DNA from: Maricaulaceae bacterium
GTDB taxonomy: Bacteria; Pseudomonadota; Alphaproteobacteria; Caulobacterales; Maricaulaceae
Direction: 5' to 3'
Length of the DNA: 64,000 bases
Assembly (NCBI GenBank): GCA_026126205.1
Contig: JAHCJP010000008.1
Location: 56,391 to 120,390 of the forward strand
In this document: piece after piece, positions 15,366 through 24,296 of the stretch
Layout: each line of letters opens with the position of its first letter
How positions within the stretch are numbered: the stretch's first letter is position 1
The notes under the pieces: generated by a model
Databases searched by the model: none
Told to the model about the DNA's origin: nothing
The model's input: the letters and a program-made list of their open reading frames with translations, nothing else
Translations under genes and position numbers: made by a program

Positions 15366-15818
15366 ATGAGCGTTGTGGAGCAACTGAAAACCCGCATCGG
15401 CCAGACCCAGGCCTCGGACTGGCTGCTGGTCGACCAGGCCCGCGTCGACGGCTTCGCCGACCTGACTTTTGATCATAATTTCATACACATAGACCCGGCG
15501 CGGGCGAAGGTGGAGACGCCGTTCGGCGGCACGATCGCGCACGGATTCCTCACCCTGTCGCTGATGTCGCATTTCGCGCAATCGACGGCGCCGGAACCGC
15601 CGAAAGGCGCGGTGCCGATCAACTATGGCTTTGATTCACTTCGGTTTATTTCGCCGGTGCGCGTCGGCTCGCGGGTGCGCGGGGTGTTCACCCCGCTCGA
15701 TGTCGAGGAACGCAAGCCGGGGCAGATTCTGCTGCGTACTCAAGCGGTTGCGGAGATCGAAGGCGGCCATGCCCCGGCGCTGAAGGGCGAATGGCTGACC
15801 CTGTATCTGTTTTCGTAA
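15366..15818 (+). CDS. MaoC-like (R)-specific enoyl-CoA hydratase/dehydratase
   Basis: FADLTFDHNFIHIDPARAK...FGGTIAHGFLTLSL is a hot-dog fold MaoC signature. Confidence 0.85.
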   Translation: MSVVEQLKTRIGQTQASDWLLVDQARVDGFADLTFDHNFIHIDPARAKVETPFGGTIAHGFLTLSLMSHFAQSTAPEPPKGAVPINYGFDSLRFISPVRVGSRVRGVFTPLDVEERKPGQILLRTQAVAEIEGGHAPALKGEWLTLYLFS

Positions 15819-15822
15819 GCGT

Positions 15823-16308
15823 TTATTTTTGCTGGGCCAATTCGTCCGCCCGCCGCTCGAGCCGCGCCAGCAGGTCTTTCAGGGCCGCCACTTCGGCGCC
15901 CGTAAATCCGGCCAGCAGCGCCCGTTCGTATTCCAGCGCCAGCGGCGCGATTTCGGCATAGGTCCGGCGCCCCTGATCGGTCAGCGCCACAAGGGCTGAA
16001 CGCCCGTCGCGGGCATGCCGGCTGCGGCTGACCAGCCCCTTGCCGGCCAGCGATCTGACCGCGCGGCTGACCGTCACTTTATCCATGGCCGTGGCCTCGC
16101 ACAGATCCTGCGCCGCCCGCGCCGCGCCGTCGCCCAGCACCGCGATCACCCGCCATTCCCAGATCGACAGCCCGAAGCGCTGTTGATAGGCGCGCGAAAT
16201 CAGCCGCGAAGCGAGGTTGGAGGCCACCGACAGCCGGTAGGGCAGATAGTCGGGCAGGCGCAGCGCCGCGCCGTTCACCGTGCCGGTTTTCGCCTTGCCT
16301 GCGCTCAC
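15823..16308 (-). CDS. MarR family transcriptional regulator
   Basis: The winged-HTH region reads WRVIAVLGDGAARAAQDLCEATAMDKVTVSRAVRSLAGKGLVSRSRHARDGR. The gene lies directly downstream of hppD on the same strand. Confidence 0.9.
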   Translation of the reverse strand: MSAGKAKTGTVNGAALRLPDYLPYRLSVASNLASRLISRAYQQRFGLSIWEWRVIAVLGDGAARAAQDLCEATAMDKVTVSRAVRSLAGKGLVSRSRHARDGRSALVALTDQGRRTYAEIAPLALEYERALLAGFTGAEVAALKDLLARLERRADELAQQK

Positions 16309-16333
16309 CCCGCCCCCTTCGGGAAACCGCGTG

Positions 16334-17413
16334 CTACGCGGTTTCCTCGGTCTTCAGCACGCCGCGGCGGATCTGGTCCAGCTCGATGGACTCGAACAGC
16401 GCCTTGAAATTGCCCTCGCCAAAGCCCTCATTGCCCTTGCGCTGGATGATCTCGAAGAACACCGGACCGATAACGGTGACGGTGAAGATCTGCAGCAGCA
16501 GGCCCTGCCCGTTCTCCGGATCGCCGTCGATCAGGATGCGGCGCTTGCGCAGCTCCTCCAGCGGCTCGCCGTGACCGGGCACGCGGGCGTCGACGGCCTC
16601 GTAATAGGTTTCCGGCGTGTCCTGGAACACCACGCCGGCGGCGCGCAACGCATCTACGGTCTTGTAGATATTCCCGGTGGTCAGGGCGATGTGCTGGATG
16701 CCCTCGCCATTGTATTCGCGCAGGAATTCGGCGATCTGCGACTGCTCGTCCTGCGACTCGTTCAGCGGGATGCGCAGCTTGCCGCACGGCCCGGTCATCG
16801 CCTTCGAGAACAGGCCGGTATGCTTGCCGGCGATGTCGAAATAGCGGATTTCGCGGAAATTGAAGATGCGCTCGTAGAAGTCGGCCCACACCTTCATCTG
16901 GCCCGGGTGGACGTTATGGGTCAGGTGGTCGAGGATTTTCAGGCCGACGCCGCCATCGTCCTTTGCGCCCGGGATCGGTTCGAACAGGTCGTCATAGATG
17001 GTCTTCTCGCCATAGCGGTCGACCAGATACAGAACCGAACCGCCAATGCCCTCGATCGCCGGAACCAGGTCCGGGTCGGCCCAGACGCCATCCGTGAACG
17101 GCTTCGCGCCGCGCTTCAGCGCTTCTTCATAGGCGAACTGCGCGTCCTTGACGCGAAACGCCATGGCGTTGGCCGAAGGGCCGTGCGCCTTGCGGAACGC
17201 CGCCGCCTGACCCGTATTCTCGCGGTTGAGCAGGAAATTGATGTCGCCCTGCCTGTAGCGGACGATGTCGCGGCTCTTGTGCCTGGCCACCGCGGTGAAG
17301 CCCAGACTGCGGAACAGGGCGTCCAGCGCCTGCGCGTCCGGGCCGGTGTACTCGACGAACTCGAACCCGTCGGTGCCAAGCGGGTTTTCAAACGTCTGCG
17401 GGGTCTGGGCCAT
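16334..17413 (-). CDS. hppD: 4-hydroxyphenylpyruvate dioxygenase
   Basis: FENPLGTDGFEFVEYTGPD...GIQHIALTT...EIIQRKGNEGFGEGNFKALFESIE is present. AGGAG lies upstream of ATG 17413. The 105-aa N-terminal extension in the track ORF is rejected. Confidence 0.92.
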   Translation of the reverse strand: MAQTPQTFENPLGTDGFEFVEYTGPDAQALDALFRSLGFTAVARHKSRDIVRYRQGDINFLLNRENTGQAAAFRKAHGPSANAMAFRVKDAQFAYEEALKRGAKPFTDGVWADPDLVPAIEGIGGSVLYLVDRYGEKTIYDDLFEPIPGAKDDGGVGLKILDHLTHNVHPGQMKVWADFYERIFNFREIRYFDIAGKHTGLFSKAMTGPCGKLRIPLNESQDEQSQIAEFLREYNGEGIQHIALTTGNIYKTVDALRAAGVVFQDTPETYYEAVDARVPGHGEPLEELRKRRILIDGDPENGQGLLLQIFTVTVIGPVFFEIIQRKGNEGFGEGNFKALFESIELDQIRRGVLKTEETA

Positions 17414-17583
17414 GATCTCGCTCCTGCCGGAATCTCGTTTGCTGCGCCGGGCAGGGGGCTTCCCCCCACTCGCCACACGACGCTTTTCTTGCCCCAAGGG
17501 ATGCCGGAAAATAGTATCATTTGCAACTAAATTGTCCTGCTGACGCGCTCGACGCCGCATCCGGCGCGCGCTATCGAGGCGGC

Positions 17584-18273
17584 ATGAAACCGTTGTTTCC
17601 CCCGCCCTCGCCCATTCTGGTTCCCATCGAGGGAACGGACCAGGGCTTTCCCGTGCGCCGCATCCTGTGCGCCGGAAAGAACTATTCCGATCATGTGAAG
17701 GAGATGGGCGGCGACCCGGCCAAGACACCGCCGGTGTTCTTCACCAAGCCCGCCGACGCGGTGGTCGCGAATGGCGCCGCCATCCCCTACCCGCTGGCCA
17801 CCGAAGACCTGCATCACGAGGTGGAGCTGGTCGTGGCCCTGAAATCCGGCGGCCGCAACCTGTCGGAAGTGCAAGCGGAGGCGGCCATTTTTGGCGCCGC
17901 GGCCGGGGTGGACCTGACCCGCCGCGACCTGCAGGCCGCGGCCAAGAAGGCCGGCGCGCCGTGGGACGCCGCCAAGGCCTTCGATGATTCCGCCCCCCTT
18001 GGCGCCATCCGCCCCGGCCCGGCGCCGGCGACCGGCGCGATCACCCTGTCCGTCAATGGCGCGCTTCGCCAGAACGGCGATTTGTCGGAAATGACGCATT
18101 CCGTCCCGGCGCTGGTCGCCGCGCTGTCGCGCCTGTTCGAGTTGAAGGCGGGGGACCTGGTGTTCACGGGCACCCCGGCTGGCGTCGGCCCTCTGAACCC
18201 CGGAGACCGGGTCAGCGCGCGCGTGGCGGACCTGCCGCCGCTGGATTTCAGCATCACGGAGGCGGCGCGATGA
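17584..18273 (+). CDS. Fumarylacetoacetate hydrolase family protein (short, fumarylpyruvate hydrolase-like)
   Basis: RRILCAGKNYSDHVKEMGG...HHEVELVVAL...GDLVFTGTPAGVG is an FAH-fold signature. The protein is 229 aa. Confidence 0.85.
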   Translation: MKPLFPPPSPILVPIEGTDQGFPVRRILCAGKNYSDHVKEMGGDPAKTPPVFFTKPADAVVANGAAIPYPLATEDLHHEVELVVALKSGGRNLSEVQAEAAIFGAAAGVDLTRRDLQAAAKKAGAPWDAAKAFDDSAPLGAIRPGPAPATGAITLSVNGALRQNGDLSEMTHSVPALVAALSRLFELKAGDLVFTGTPAGVGPLNPGDRVSARVADLPPLDFSITEAAR

Positions 18274-18923
18274 AGCTGACCCTTTACGGCTACTGGCGCT
18301 CAAGCGCCGCCTATCGCGTCCGAATCGCGCTGAACGTCAAGGGCGTCAAATACAACCAGGTCTCCGTGAACCTGAAAGACGGCGAACAGCGCGGCGCGAC
18401 GTACAAATCCCGCCAGCCGCAAGGTTTCGTCCCGGCGCTGGAGACGCCGCAGGGAACCCTGATCCAGTCGCCGGCGATTCTGGAATGGATTGAAGAGACC
18501 TGGCCCAGCCCGGCCCTGCTGCCCGCCGATGCGATGCTGCGCGCCCGCGCGCGGGCCTGCGCCGCCGTCATCGGCTGTGACATTCACCCGATCCAGAACC
18601 TGCGCATCCTGCAGTTCATCCGCGCCGAGTATGGTCAGGACGACGCCGGCGTGACCGCCTGGTGCCGGCGCTGGATCTCGGACGGTTTCGCGGCGCTGGA
18701 GCGCATGGCCGAAGCCGATGGCGGCGCGGGGCCGTGGCTGGCGGGCGGCGGGCCGACGCTGGCCGAGGTCTATCTGGTTCCGCAGATGTACAACGCCCGC
18801 CGTTTCGGCGTCGATCTCGCCCCTTATCCGCGGCTGGTGGCTGCTGACACTGCGGCGCAAGCACACCCGGCTTTCGCCGCAGCCGCTCCGGAAATCCAGC
18901 CCGACGCGCCGAAGGAAGGCTAG
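18270..18923 (+). CDS. maiA: Maleylacetoacetate isomerase (zeta-class GST)
   Basis: LYGYWRSSAAYRVRIALNVKG...QPQGFVPAL matches the zeta GST motif SSxxxRVRIAL. The start overlaps the upstream stop (ATGA). Confidence 0.85.
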   Translation: MKLTLYGYWRSSAAYRVRIALNVKGVKYNQVSVNLKDGEQRGATYKSRQPQGFVPALETPQGTLIQSPAILEWIEETWPSPALLPADAMLRARARACAAVIGCDIHPIQNLRILQFIRAEYGQDDAGVTAWCRRWISDGFAALERMAEADGGAGPWLAGGGPTLAEVYLVPQMYNARRFGVDLAPYPRLVAADTAAQAHPAFAAAAPEIQPDAPKEG

Positions 18924-18933
18924 GGTCCGGACC

Positions 18934-20151
18934 CTAGACCGGGACCGCCTCGTCCTTGCCTCTTCGGAAAGGCTGCAGCTTGCCATAGGTCAGCGAGCGC
19001 CAGACCCACTCCATCGGCCCGAAGCGGAAGAAGTGCAGCCACACCGGAGAGATGATCAGCTGCGCCAGCCAGACCAGCATCACGATCTGCACCTGCTCGG
19101 CGCGCTCGATCTCCCCGAACAGGCCAAGCCCTGGCGTGCCGACGAAAATGAAGGTCATCACCAGCGTCTGGGTCAGATAGTTCGTGAACGCCATCCGGCC
19201 TACGGCGGCGAACGGCGCCCGCACCATCTGCAACGCCGCGATCTTGCAGACCAGCATCATCACCGCGGCGTAACCGAACGCCACCAGCAGGCTGGCGACG
19301 TAATTGCCGCCCATATGCTTCCACATTTCACCAAGGGCGAATTCGCTGGCGATGGCGTATTCACCGCCCCACCAGGCCAGCGGCAGGCCGAAACCGAGTC
19401 CCGCGAACGCGGCGACGGTATAGGCGCCTATGCCCCAGCGCGCAGTGAGGAAGCCCCATTTGTAAAGCGCCATGCCAATGAACATCACGCCGATCAGGCG
19501 GCCACCGAACATCACCAGGCCGAAAATCTGCCCCAGCCCTGCGTAAAGCGCATTGTAGCCCATGCGGTCCAGGAAGCCGGCCTGGTATGCGCCCACCACC
19601 TCGCCCAGCTGCTCCGGCGTCGGAGCCATGCCCAGCTGAGTAGCATCAAGTTCGCCCGGGATGAGGCCAAAGGCTGCGAAGGCGCCGACTGTCATCAGTC
19701 CGCTGAGCGCGATCAACGCGAAGCCGAAAATGGTCAGACCCAGCGGCTTCATGCGCCGCGCCAGCACCGCCAGCATGCCGATCAGGGCGTAGGAGGTCAG
19801 GATGTCGCCATACCAGAACACGTAGGCGTGGATCAGGCCGATGGCTAAAAGCCACAGCATGCGGCGGTAGTGAATTTTCAGGCTCGCCCCCGGCTCCTCC
19901 CCCACCATCAACACGATCCCGGCCCCGAACAGGGCCGAGAAAAGAGTGATGAATTTCATCTCGAAGAACACATGCGTGATCAGCCAGGCCGCCTGGTTGG
20001 CGCCGGTGAAATCCATGTGCGCAAGGGGGTACTGATAGGCGGTATTGTACATGGCGAACGCCTGCACGTTCACCATAAGTATCCCCAGCACCGCCAGGCC
20101 GCGCAGAACGTCGAGACTTTCGAACCTGTCCAGCCTGGGATGCGCGGTCAT
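18934..20151 (-). CDS. DUF418 (YeiB-like) membrane protein
   Basis: RFESLDVLRGLAVLGILMVNVQAFAM is followed by multiple TM segments and a C-terminal FRFGPMEWVWRSLTY motif, as in the YeiB family. Confidence 0.8.
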   Translation of the reverse strand: MTAHPRLDRFESLDVLRGLAVLGILMVNVQAFAMYNTAYQYPLAHMDFTGANQAAWLITHVFFEMKFITLFSALFGAGIVLMVGEEPGASLKIHYRRMLWLLAIGLIHAYVFWYGDILTSYALIGMLAVLARRMKPLGLTIFGFALIALSGLMTVGAFAAFGLIPGELDATQLGMAPTPEQLGEVVGAYQAGFLDRMGYNALYAGLGQIFGLVMFGGRLIGVMFIGMALYKWGFLTARWGIGAYTVAAFAGLGFGLPLAWWGGEYAIASEFALGEMWKHMGGNYVASLLVAFGYAAVMMLVCKIAALQMVRAPFAAVGRMAFTNYLTQTLVMTFIFVGTPGLGLFGEIERAEQVQIVMLVWLAQLIISPVWLHFFRFGPMEWVWRSLTYGKLQPFRRGKDEAVPV

Positions 20152-20310
20152 GTAATCCCCCTATCCTGTAATCTGCGGATGCTGCTTGTGTATGTCTCCG
20201 GAAGCAAGCGCCTTAACAAGATTTCACGTTGCTTGCCGCCGGATTTTCTTGCCTTGCGCGCCAGCCAGGCGCATAAGGCGCGCCGGATCGGGCAAGGTCG
20301 CGAGGGGACC

Positions 20311-20541
20311 ATGCTGCATATGCTGATCACCATTATCGAATGGGTCGTCATCGCGGCGATGGCGTTTCTCGGCGTCAGCCACGCCCCGGCGCAAACCGAT
20401 CCGTGCGACACGCCTCCGGCGATCTATCGCATTTCGGACGAGGCGGATCTGATCTCCACCGGATACGCCCCGGCGGATTGCGCCGCAGCGCAGAAACCCG
20501 GCGCCCCGAACGATTCCACCGTGCACTACATCCGCACCTGA
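20311..20541 (+). CDS. Small hypothetical protein with an N-terminal hydrophobic segment
   Basis: 76 aa. GAGGGG lies upstream of the ATG. It is the only non-shadow part of the track ORF 19870-20541. Coding status is uncertain. Confidence 0.3.
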   Translation: MLHMLITIIEWVVIAAMAFLGVSHAPAQTDPCDTPPAIYRISDEADLISTGYAPADCAAAQKPGAPNDSTVHYIRT

Positions 20542-20659
20542 ACCCCGTCCTGATGCGGTGGTTTGTTTCCGCTCCGATCCCGAATATTGTCCGCTAAACG
20601 CCCCGGCGCGGTGGACGCCGCCGGGTGGACGGCGTTAAAGCTGTTCCGGCGAGGGTGAG

Positions 20660-22660
20660 ATGGACTCCAGCAAGACCGAAGGCCGGGAAACGGCACTGAA
20701 CGAACAGCCAGGCGAGCTCGACGCGGTGACGGAAGCCGCCAGCGAAACCGCCCCCGCGCTCATGACCGAACCGGCCCCGGGCCCGGCTGCGCCGGAGCCG
20801 CGCCCGCGCGGCGGATGGCTGGCCGGTCTTGGCGTGGTCTTCGCACTGCTTTGGGCAGGCGGCGCCGGCGCATATCTGTGGGGGTACCATCTTGGCGGCG
20901 ACATCTCGGGCCTGACGCCGGCTCAGCTGGGCGGTTTCGCCGTTTTCGCCGTCGCCCCGGCGCTACTGTTCCTGATGACCGGCTTTCTGGCCCGCGAACT
21001 GGCGCGCACGGCGCACAACGCCAGGCGCATGGACATGGCTCTGGCCCGCCTGATCGCCCCGGCCGCCGCCGCGGAAGGTGAAGTTCACACCCTGTCCTCC
21101 GCCGTCATGCTTGAAGTCGGCCGCGTTAACGCCGCGCTGGAAAGCGCGCTGGCCCGGCTGGCGGCGATGGAAGAAGTGATCGCCCATCACGCCGACGCGC
21201 TGGAACGTTCGGCCGGTGATGCCCGCGAGCGCGCCGAAACCCTGCTGGCCGGCCTGCGCGAGGAGCGCTTGCGGCTCAGCGAGGTTTCCGAATCCCTGGA
21301 CGACAAAGCGGCGCTGATCGCCGAGGCGATATCTGAACAGTCAAAAATGGTCGCCGCCGCGGCGGAACTCGCGGAATCCCAGGCCAGCGAAAGCGAGAAG
21401 CGCATACTGTCCGGCGCCGGCAGGCTGGCCGAGGCTGGCGAAACCGCGCTTGAAAACAGCGAGCGCGCCGCCCGCGCCCTCAAGGTTGGCGGCGACGATC
21501 TGCGCCACCTGGCGGAAGCGCTGCGCGAACGCTCCGAAGGGTTGGACGCCGCCTATCTGCGCCATCGCGACAAGCTGAAGGAGGCGGCTGAAACCCTGCG
21601 CAAGGAGCAGGAGAAGATCGCCGCCGCGCTGGACTTCCACCGTGCTGAAGTGGAGGTGATGGCCAAAACCGCGCGCGAAGGCGCCGACGGGCTGAACGCC
21701 GCCGCCCACAAGGGCGCCGTGGCCTTCCGCGAGACCGTCGACGCCGCCATCGCCCGCGCCAACGACGTCGCCGGAGCCGTTCGCCGGGAGGCCGAGGCGG
21801 CCGACCGCATCCACCAGGAAAGCCTGGAGCGGCTGAAAACCACCGCCGAAGAAGCCCAGGCCGTCTCCGACGCCGCGATGAAGGCGATCGACGCCCAGAC
21901 CCAGCGTTTGAGCCTGCAGGTCGAGAAGATGGGCGAAACCGCTTTCGAAGCCGTGCGCCGAGCCGACGAAAACTTCCAGTCGCGACTGGCCGAAGCTGAC
22001 CGGCTGACCGCCCGCGCTTCCGCCGCCGCCGACGAGGCGGCGGAGGCGGTGCGCGCGCGTCTGGAGACCGTTCTGGAGGCCGCCCGCACGGAAGCCCGCC
22101 GCGTCGAGCAGGAGATCGCTGCGCTTGGCGACCGGCTGGCCGCCTTGCCCGACGCCGCCCGCGTGCGCAGCGAAGAGACGATGAATATCCTGCGTCGCGG
22201 GCTGGAGGGTCTCAACGCCGCGGCCCAGACCGCCGCCGAGGAGGCGCAGGAGATCGACGCCGCCTTCCAGGCGCGCATCCGGCAGAATTACGAACTGCTG
22301 AGCGACTTCATGCTGCGCATGGGCTCCGTCGCCGGCGGAAGGCGCCCGCCGGAACTGAAGGCGGACGAACTGCCTGACCCCCTGAGCCAGCGCCGCAAGC
22401 GCGACGATGAAACCCCGGGCACCGCACCGCCGGTCGGCGAGGCGCCAGCCTCGCCACGCGAGTCGCGCCGTGAACAGCCGGTCGGCTTCCCTGAACGCGG
22501 CCGCGCGCAGGAGCCCGGCTGGCGCTGGAAGGACCTGCTGGCGACCATGACGCCCGGAGAGGCGCCGTCAGGCGAAACGGAAGGTGCGGAAGGCGAAGCG
22601 GCCAAAGCGGCGCGCGACCCCGCCGAGGCTGGCGACCGCACGCCCGAAACCAAGCGCTGA
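20660..22660 (+). CDS. Membrane-anchored, Ala/Glu/Arg-rich coiled-coil protein, function unknown
   Basis: Two TM segments lie near residues 55-115. About 450 aa of heptad-like A/E/R/L-rich sequence follows, ending in a Pro/Glu-rich tail. Confidence 0.7.
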   Translation: MDSSKTEGRETALNEQPGELDAVTEAASETAPALMTEPAPGPAAPEPRPRGGWLAGLGVVFALLWAGGAGAYLWGYHLGGDISGLTPAQLGGFAVFAVAPALLFLMTGFLARELARTAHNARRMDMALARLIAPAAAAEGEVHTLSSAVMLEVGRVNAALESALARLAAMEEVIAHHADALERSAGDARERAETLLAGLREERLRLSEVSESLDDKAALIAEAISEQSKMVAAAAELAESQASESEKRILSGAGRLAEAGETALENSERAARALKVGGDDLRHLAEALRERSEGLDAAYLRHRDKLKEAAETLRKEQEKIAAALDFHRAEVEVMAKTAREGADGLNAAAHKGAVAFRETVDAAIARANDVAGAVRREAEAADRIHQESLERLKTTAEEAQAVSDAAMKAIDAQTQRLSLQVEKMGETAFEAVRRADENFQSRLAEADRLTARASAAADEAAEAVRARLETVLEAARTEARRVEQEIAALGDRLAALPDAARVRSEETMNILRRGLEGLNAAAQTAAEEAQEIDAAFQARIRQNYELLSDFMLRMGSVAGGRRPPELKADELPDPLSQRRKRDDETPGTAPPVGEAPASPRESRREQPVGFPERGRAQEPGWRWKDLLATMTPGEAPSGETEGAEGEAAKAARDPAEAGDRTPETKR

Positions 22661-22665
22661 CCGTT

Positions 22666-23319
22666 TCAGGACTCCGGTGTGCGGCCGTGACGGCCGCCAC
22701 CGGCGCGCGTCCGCGTCCCCGCCCATTCCGCCAGGGACCCGGCAGAATCATGCGCAGCGGCGTCGAAGGCCGCGACAATGGCTCTGATCCGGTCCGCTGA
22801 CGCCGTGCTGCGCCCCCGGAATCCGCGTACCGCGACCACGCGGCGGTCGCGGGCGTCGATCAGGCGCGCGCGCATGCGCACTTCCGCAACCGGAAGCGCC
22901 CCGGCGGCCTCATAGCGCGCTTCGAACGCAATCACCTCGACGTGCAGTTCATAGTCCGGCCGCACACGCTCTTCCGGCCGCACGGCGGCGACGCCGCGTT
23001 GGCTGAAATCAATGGACTCGACGATCAGGTCCTGAAGCATGCGCGGCGCCGGGGAAATCCACCGCGCGCCGGCGATGTAGACGATCTCGCCGTCGCGCGA
23101 CATGGCGATGGCGTCACCGGACAAGGCGCGTGGCATTCGAAGCGCCTCAACGCGGATGATGACGTCGTCCTGTCCATAGCCATCCGCGTCCCCCATCTCC
23201 GGGGATGACAGACGGTAGACCGAGGACGGCGGCGCTTCCGGCAGCAGCGATACGCAGGCGGTGAGCGCCGCGGCGACCGCGGTGACGGCTAACGCGCGCA
23301 AGAGGCTTCCGGTTCTCAT
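22666..23319 (-). CDS. ABC-transport auxiliary lipoprotein (DUF330/YmbA-like) of the Mla/MCE system
   Basis: The lipobox is AAALTAC. It is the last gene of the MCE operon and its start overlaps the MlaD-like stop. Confidence 0.7.
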   Translation of the reverse strand: MRTGSLLRALAVTAVAAALTACVSLLPEAPPSSVYRLSSPEMGDADGYGQDDVIIRVEALRMPRALSGDAIAMSRDGEIVYIAGARWISPAPRMLQDLIVESIDFSQRGVAAVRPEERVRPDYELHVEVIAFEARYEAAGALPVAEVRMRARLIDARDRRVVAVRGFRGRSTASADRIRAIVAAFDAAAHDSAGSLAEWAGTRTRAGGGRHGRTPES

Positions 23320-24272
23320 CTAGGCACCTCCACCTGCCGGCGCGGCTGGCCGCTGATGAATTGTGACGGATTGTCCTCGAACTCGGTCACGACCCGGTCC
23401 AGCGATTCGATCAACCGGCGCAAATCGTGCGAGGCGTAGGTGAGATCATCCAGCCCCTCACCTGCGAAGCGTTCGATCGCCGGGCGAATGGCGACCAGCA
23501 TGGCCAGCGTCTCCTCGCTGGCGCGCCGCACCTCTTCCGAAGCCGCAGTGGTCTCCAGCACCATGGTGGCGAGCTCGTTCTGGGCGAGATTGTCAGCGGT
23601 GGTTCCGAAGCCTTCCAGCGCCACCGCCGCTTCGCTCATATTGGCCGCCGCCTCTTCAATACGATTTATGGCGGCGCGCAGCTCGGTCACGATCGCATCC
23701 TCCTCCCGCACCCGGCCGGAAATGTCGGCGAGGTTGTCGAGAATGCGCGAGAAGCGCTCGATATTCTCGTCGCTCAACAGTTCGTTAGCGCGCAGCAGGG
23801 CCAACTGGGCGGTGTCCAGCGCGCCTTCGCCGCCTTCCAGCAGCCGTTGCAGCCCCGTGGTGCGGGCGTAGATCAGCGGCGGCGAGCGCCCGGGCGGGCT
23901 GTAAAGCCGGTCGGCGTCGGCCGACCCGCCGGTGATCAGTATGTAGGACAGGCCGGTCAGGCCCAGCGGCTCCAGCTGCGCTGCCGAATCGACCCGCACC
24001 GGCGTTTCCGCGGTCACCCGCACGCGCGCAATCACCCGGTTGGGATTCTGTGGATCCAGGCCGATGCGCGTCACCTCACCCACCTGGATGCCGTTGAACC
24101 GCACCTCGGCCGTTTCGCGCAGGCCTCGCACCGGTCCGTCGAAGACGATCTCGTAGAGGTTATAGTCCTGGTCGAAGCTGATCTTGCCCAGCCACAGGGC
24201 GAAGAACCCCCCGGCCGCGATCAGGAACACGGCGAAGAAACCAACCAGCGCGTGATGGGCTTTCGTTTCCAT
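23316..24272 (-). CDS. MCE/MlaD family substrate-binding protein
   Basis: An N-terminal TM is followed by the MCE domain VFDGPVRGLRETAEVRFNGIQVGEVTRIGLD. Confidence 0.85.
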   Translation of the reverse strand: METKAHHALVGFFAVFLIAAGGFFALWLGKISFDQDYNLYEIVFDGPVRGLRETAEVRFNGIQVGEVTRIGLDPQNPNRVIARVRVTAETPVRVDSAAQLEPLGLTGLSYILITGGSADADRLYSPPGRSPPLIYARTTGLQRLLEGGEGALDTAQLALLRANELLSDENIERFSRILDNLADISGRVREEDAIVTELRAAINRIEEAAANMSEAAVALEGFGTTADNLAQNELATMVLETTAASEEVRRASEETLAMLVAIRPAIERFAGEGLDDLTYASHDLRRLIESLDRVVTEFEDNPSQFISGQPRRQVEVPR

Positions 24273-24296
24273 TCCTGCGGCCCCGCCGCCTCCGTC

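Noticed and set aside
16280-17530. 416-aa plus-strand ORF
   Set aside because: It is antisense to hppD, which has unmistakable family motifs. It is a typical shadow ORF of very GC-rich DNA (Arg/Ala/Gly/Leu-rich, no motifs).
16334-17728. 464-aa version of hppD with a 105-aa N-terminal extension
   Set aside because: The extension is Arg/Ser/Pro-rich and crosses the divergent promoter region. Family-typical sequence begins at MAQTPQTFENPLG, which has an AGGAG upstream.
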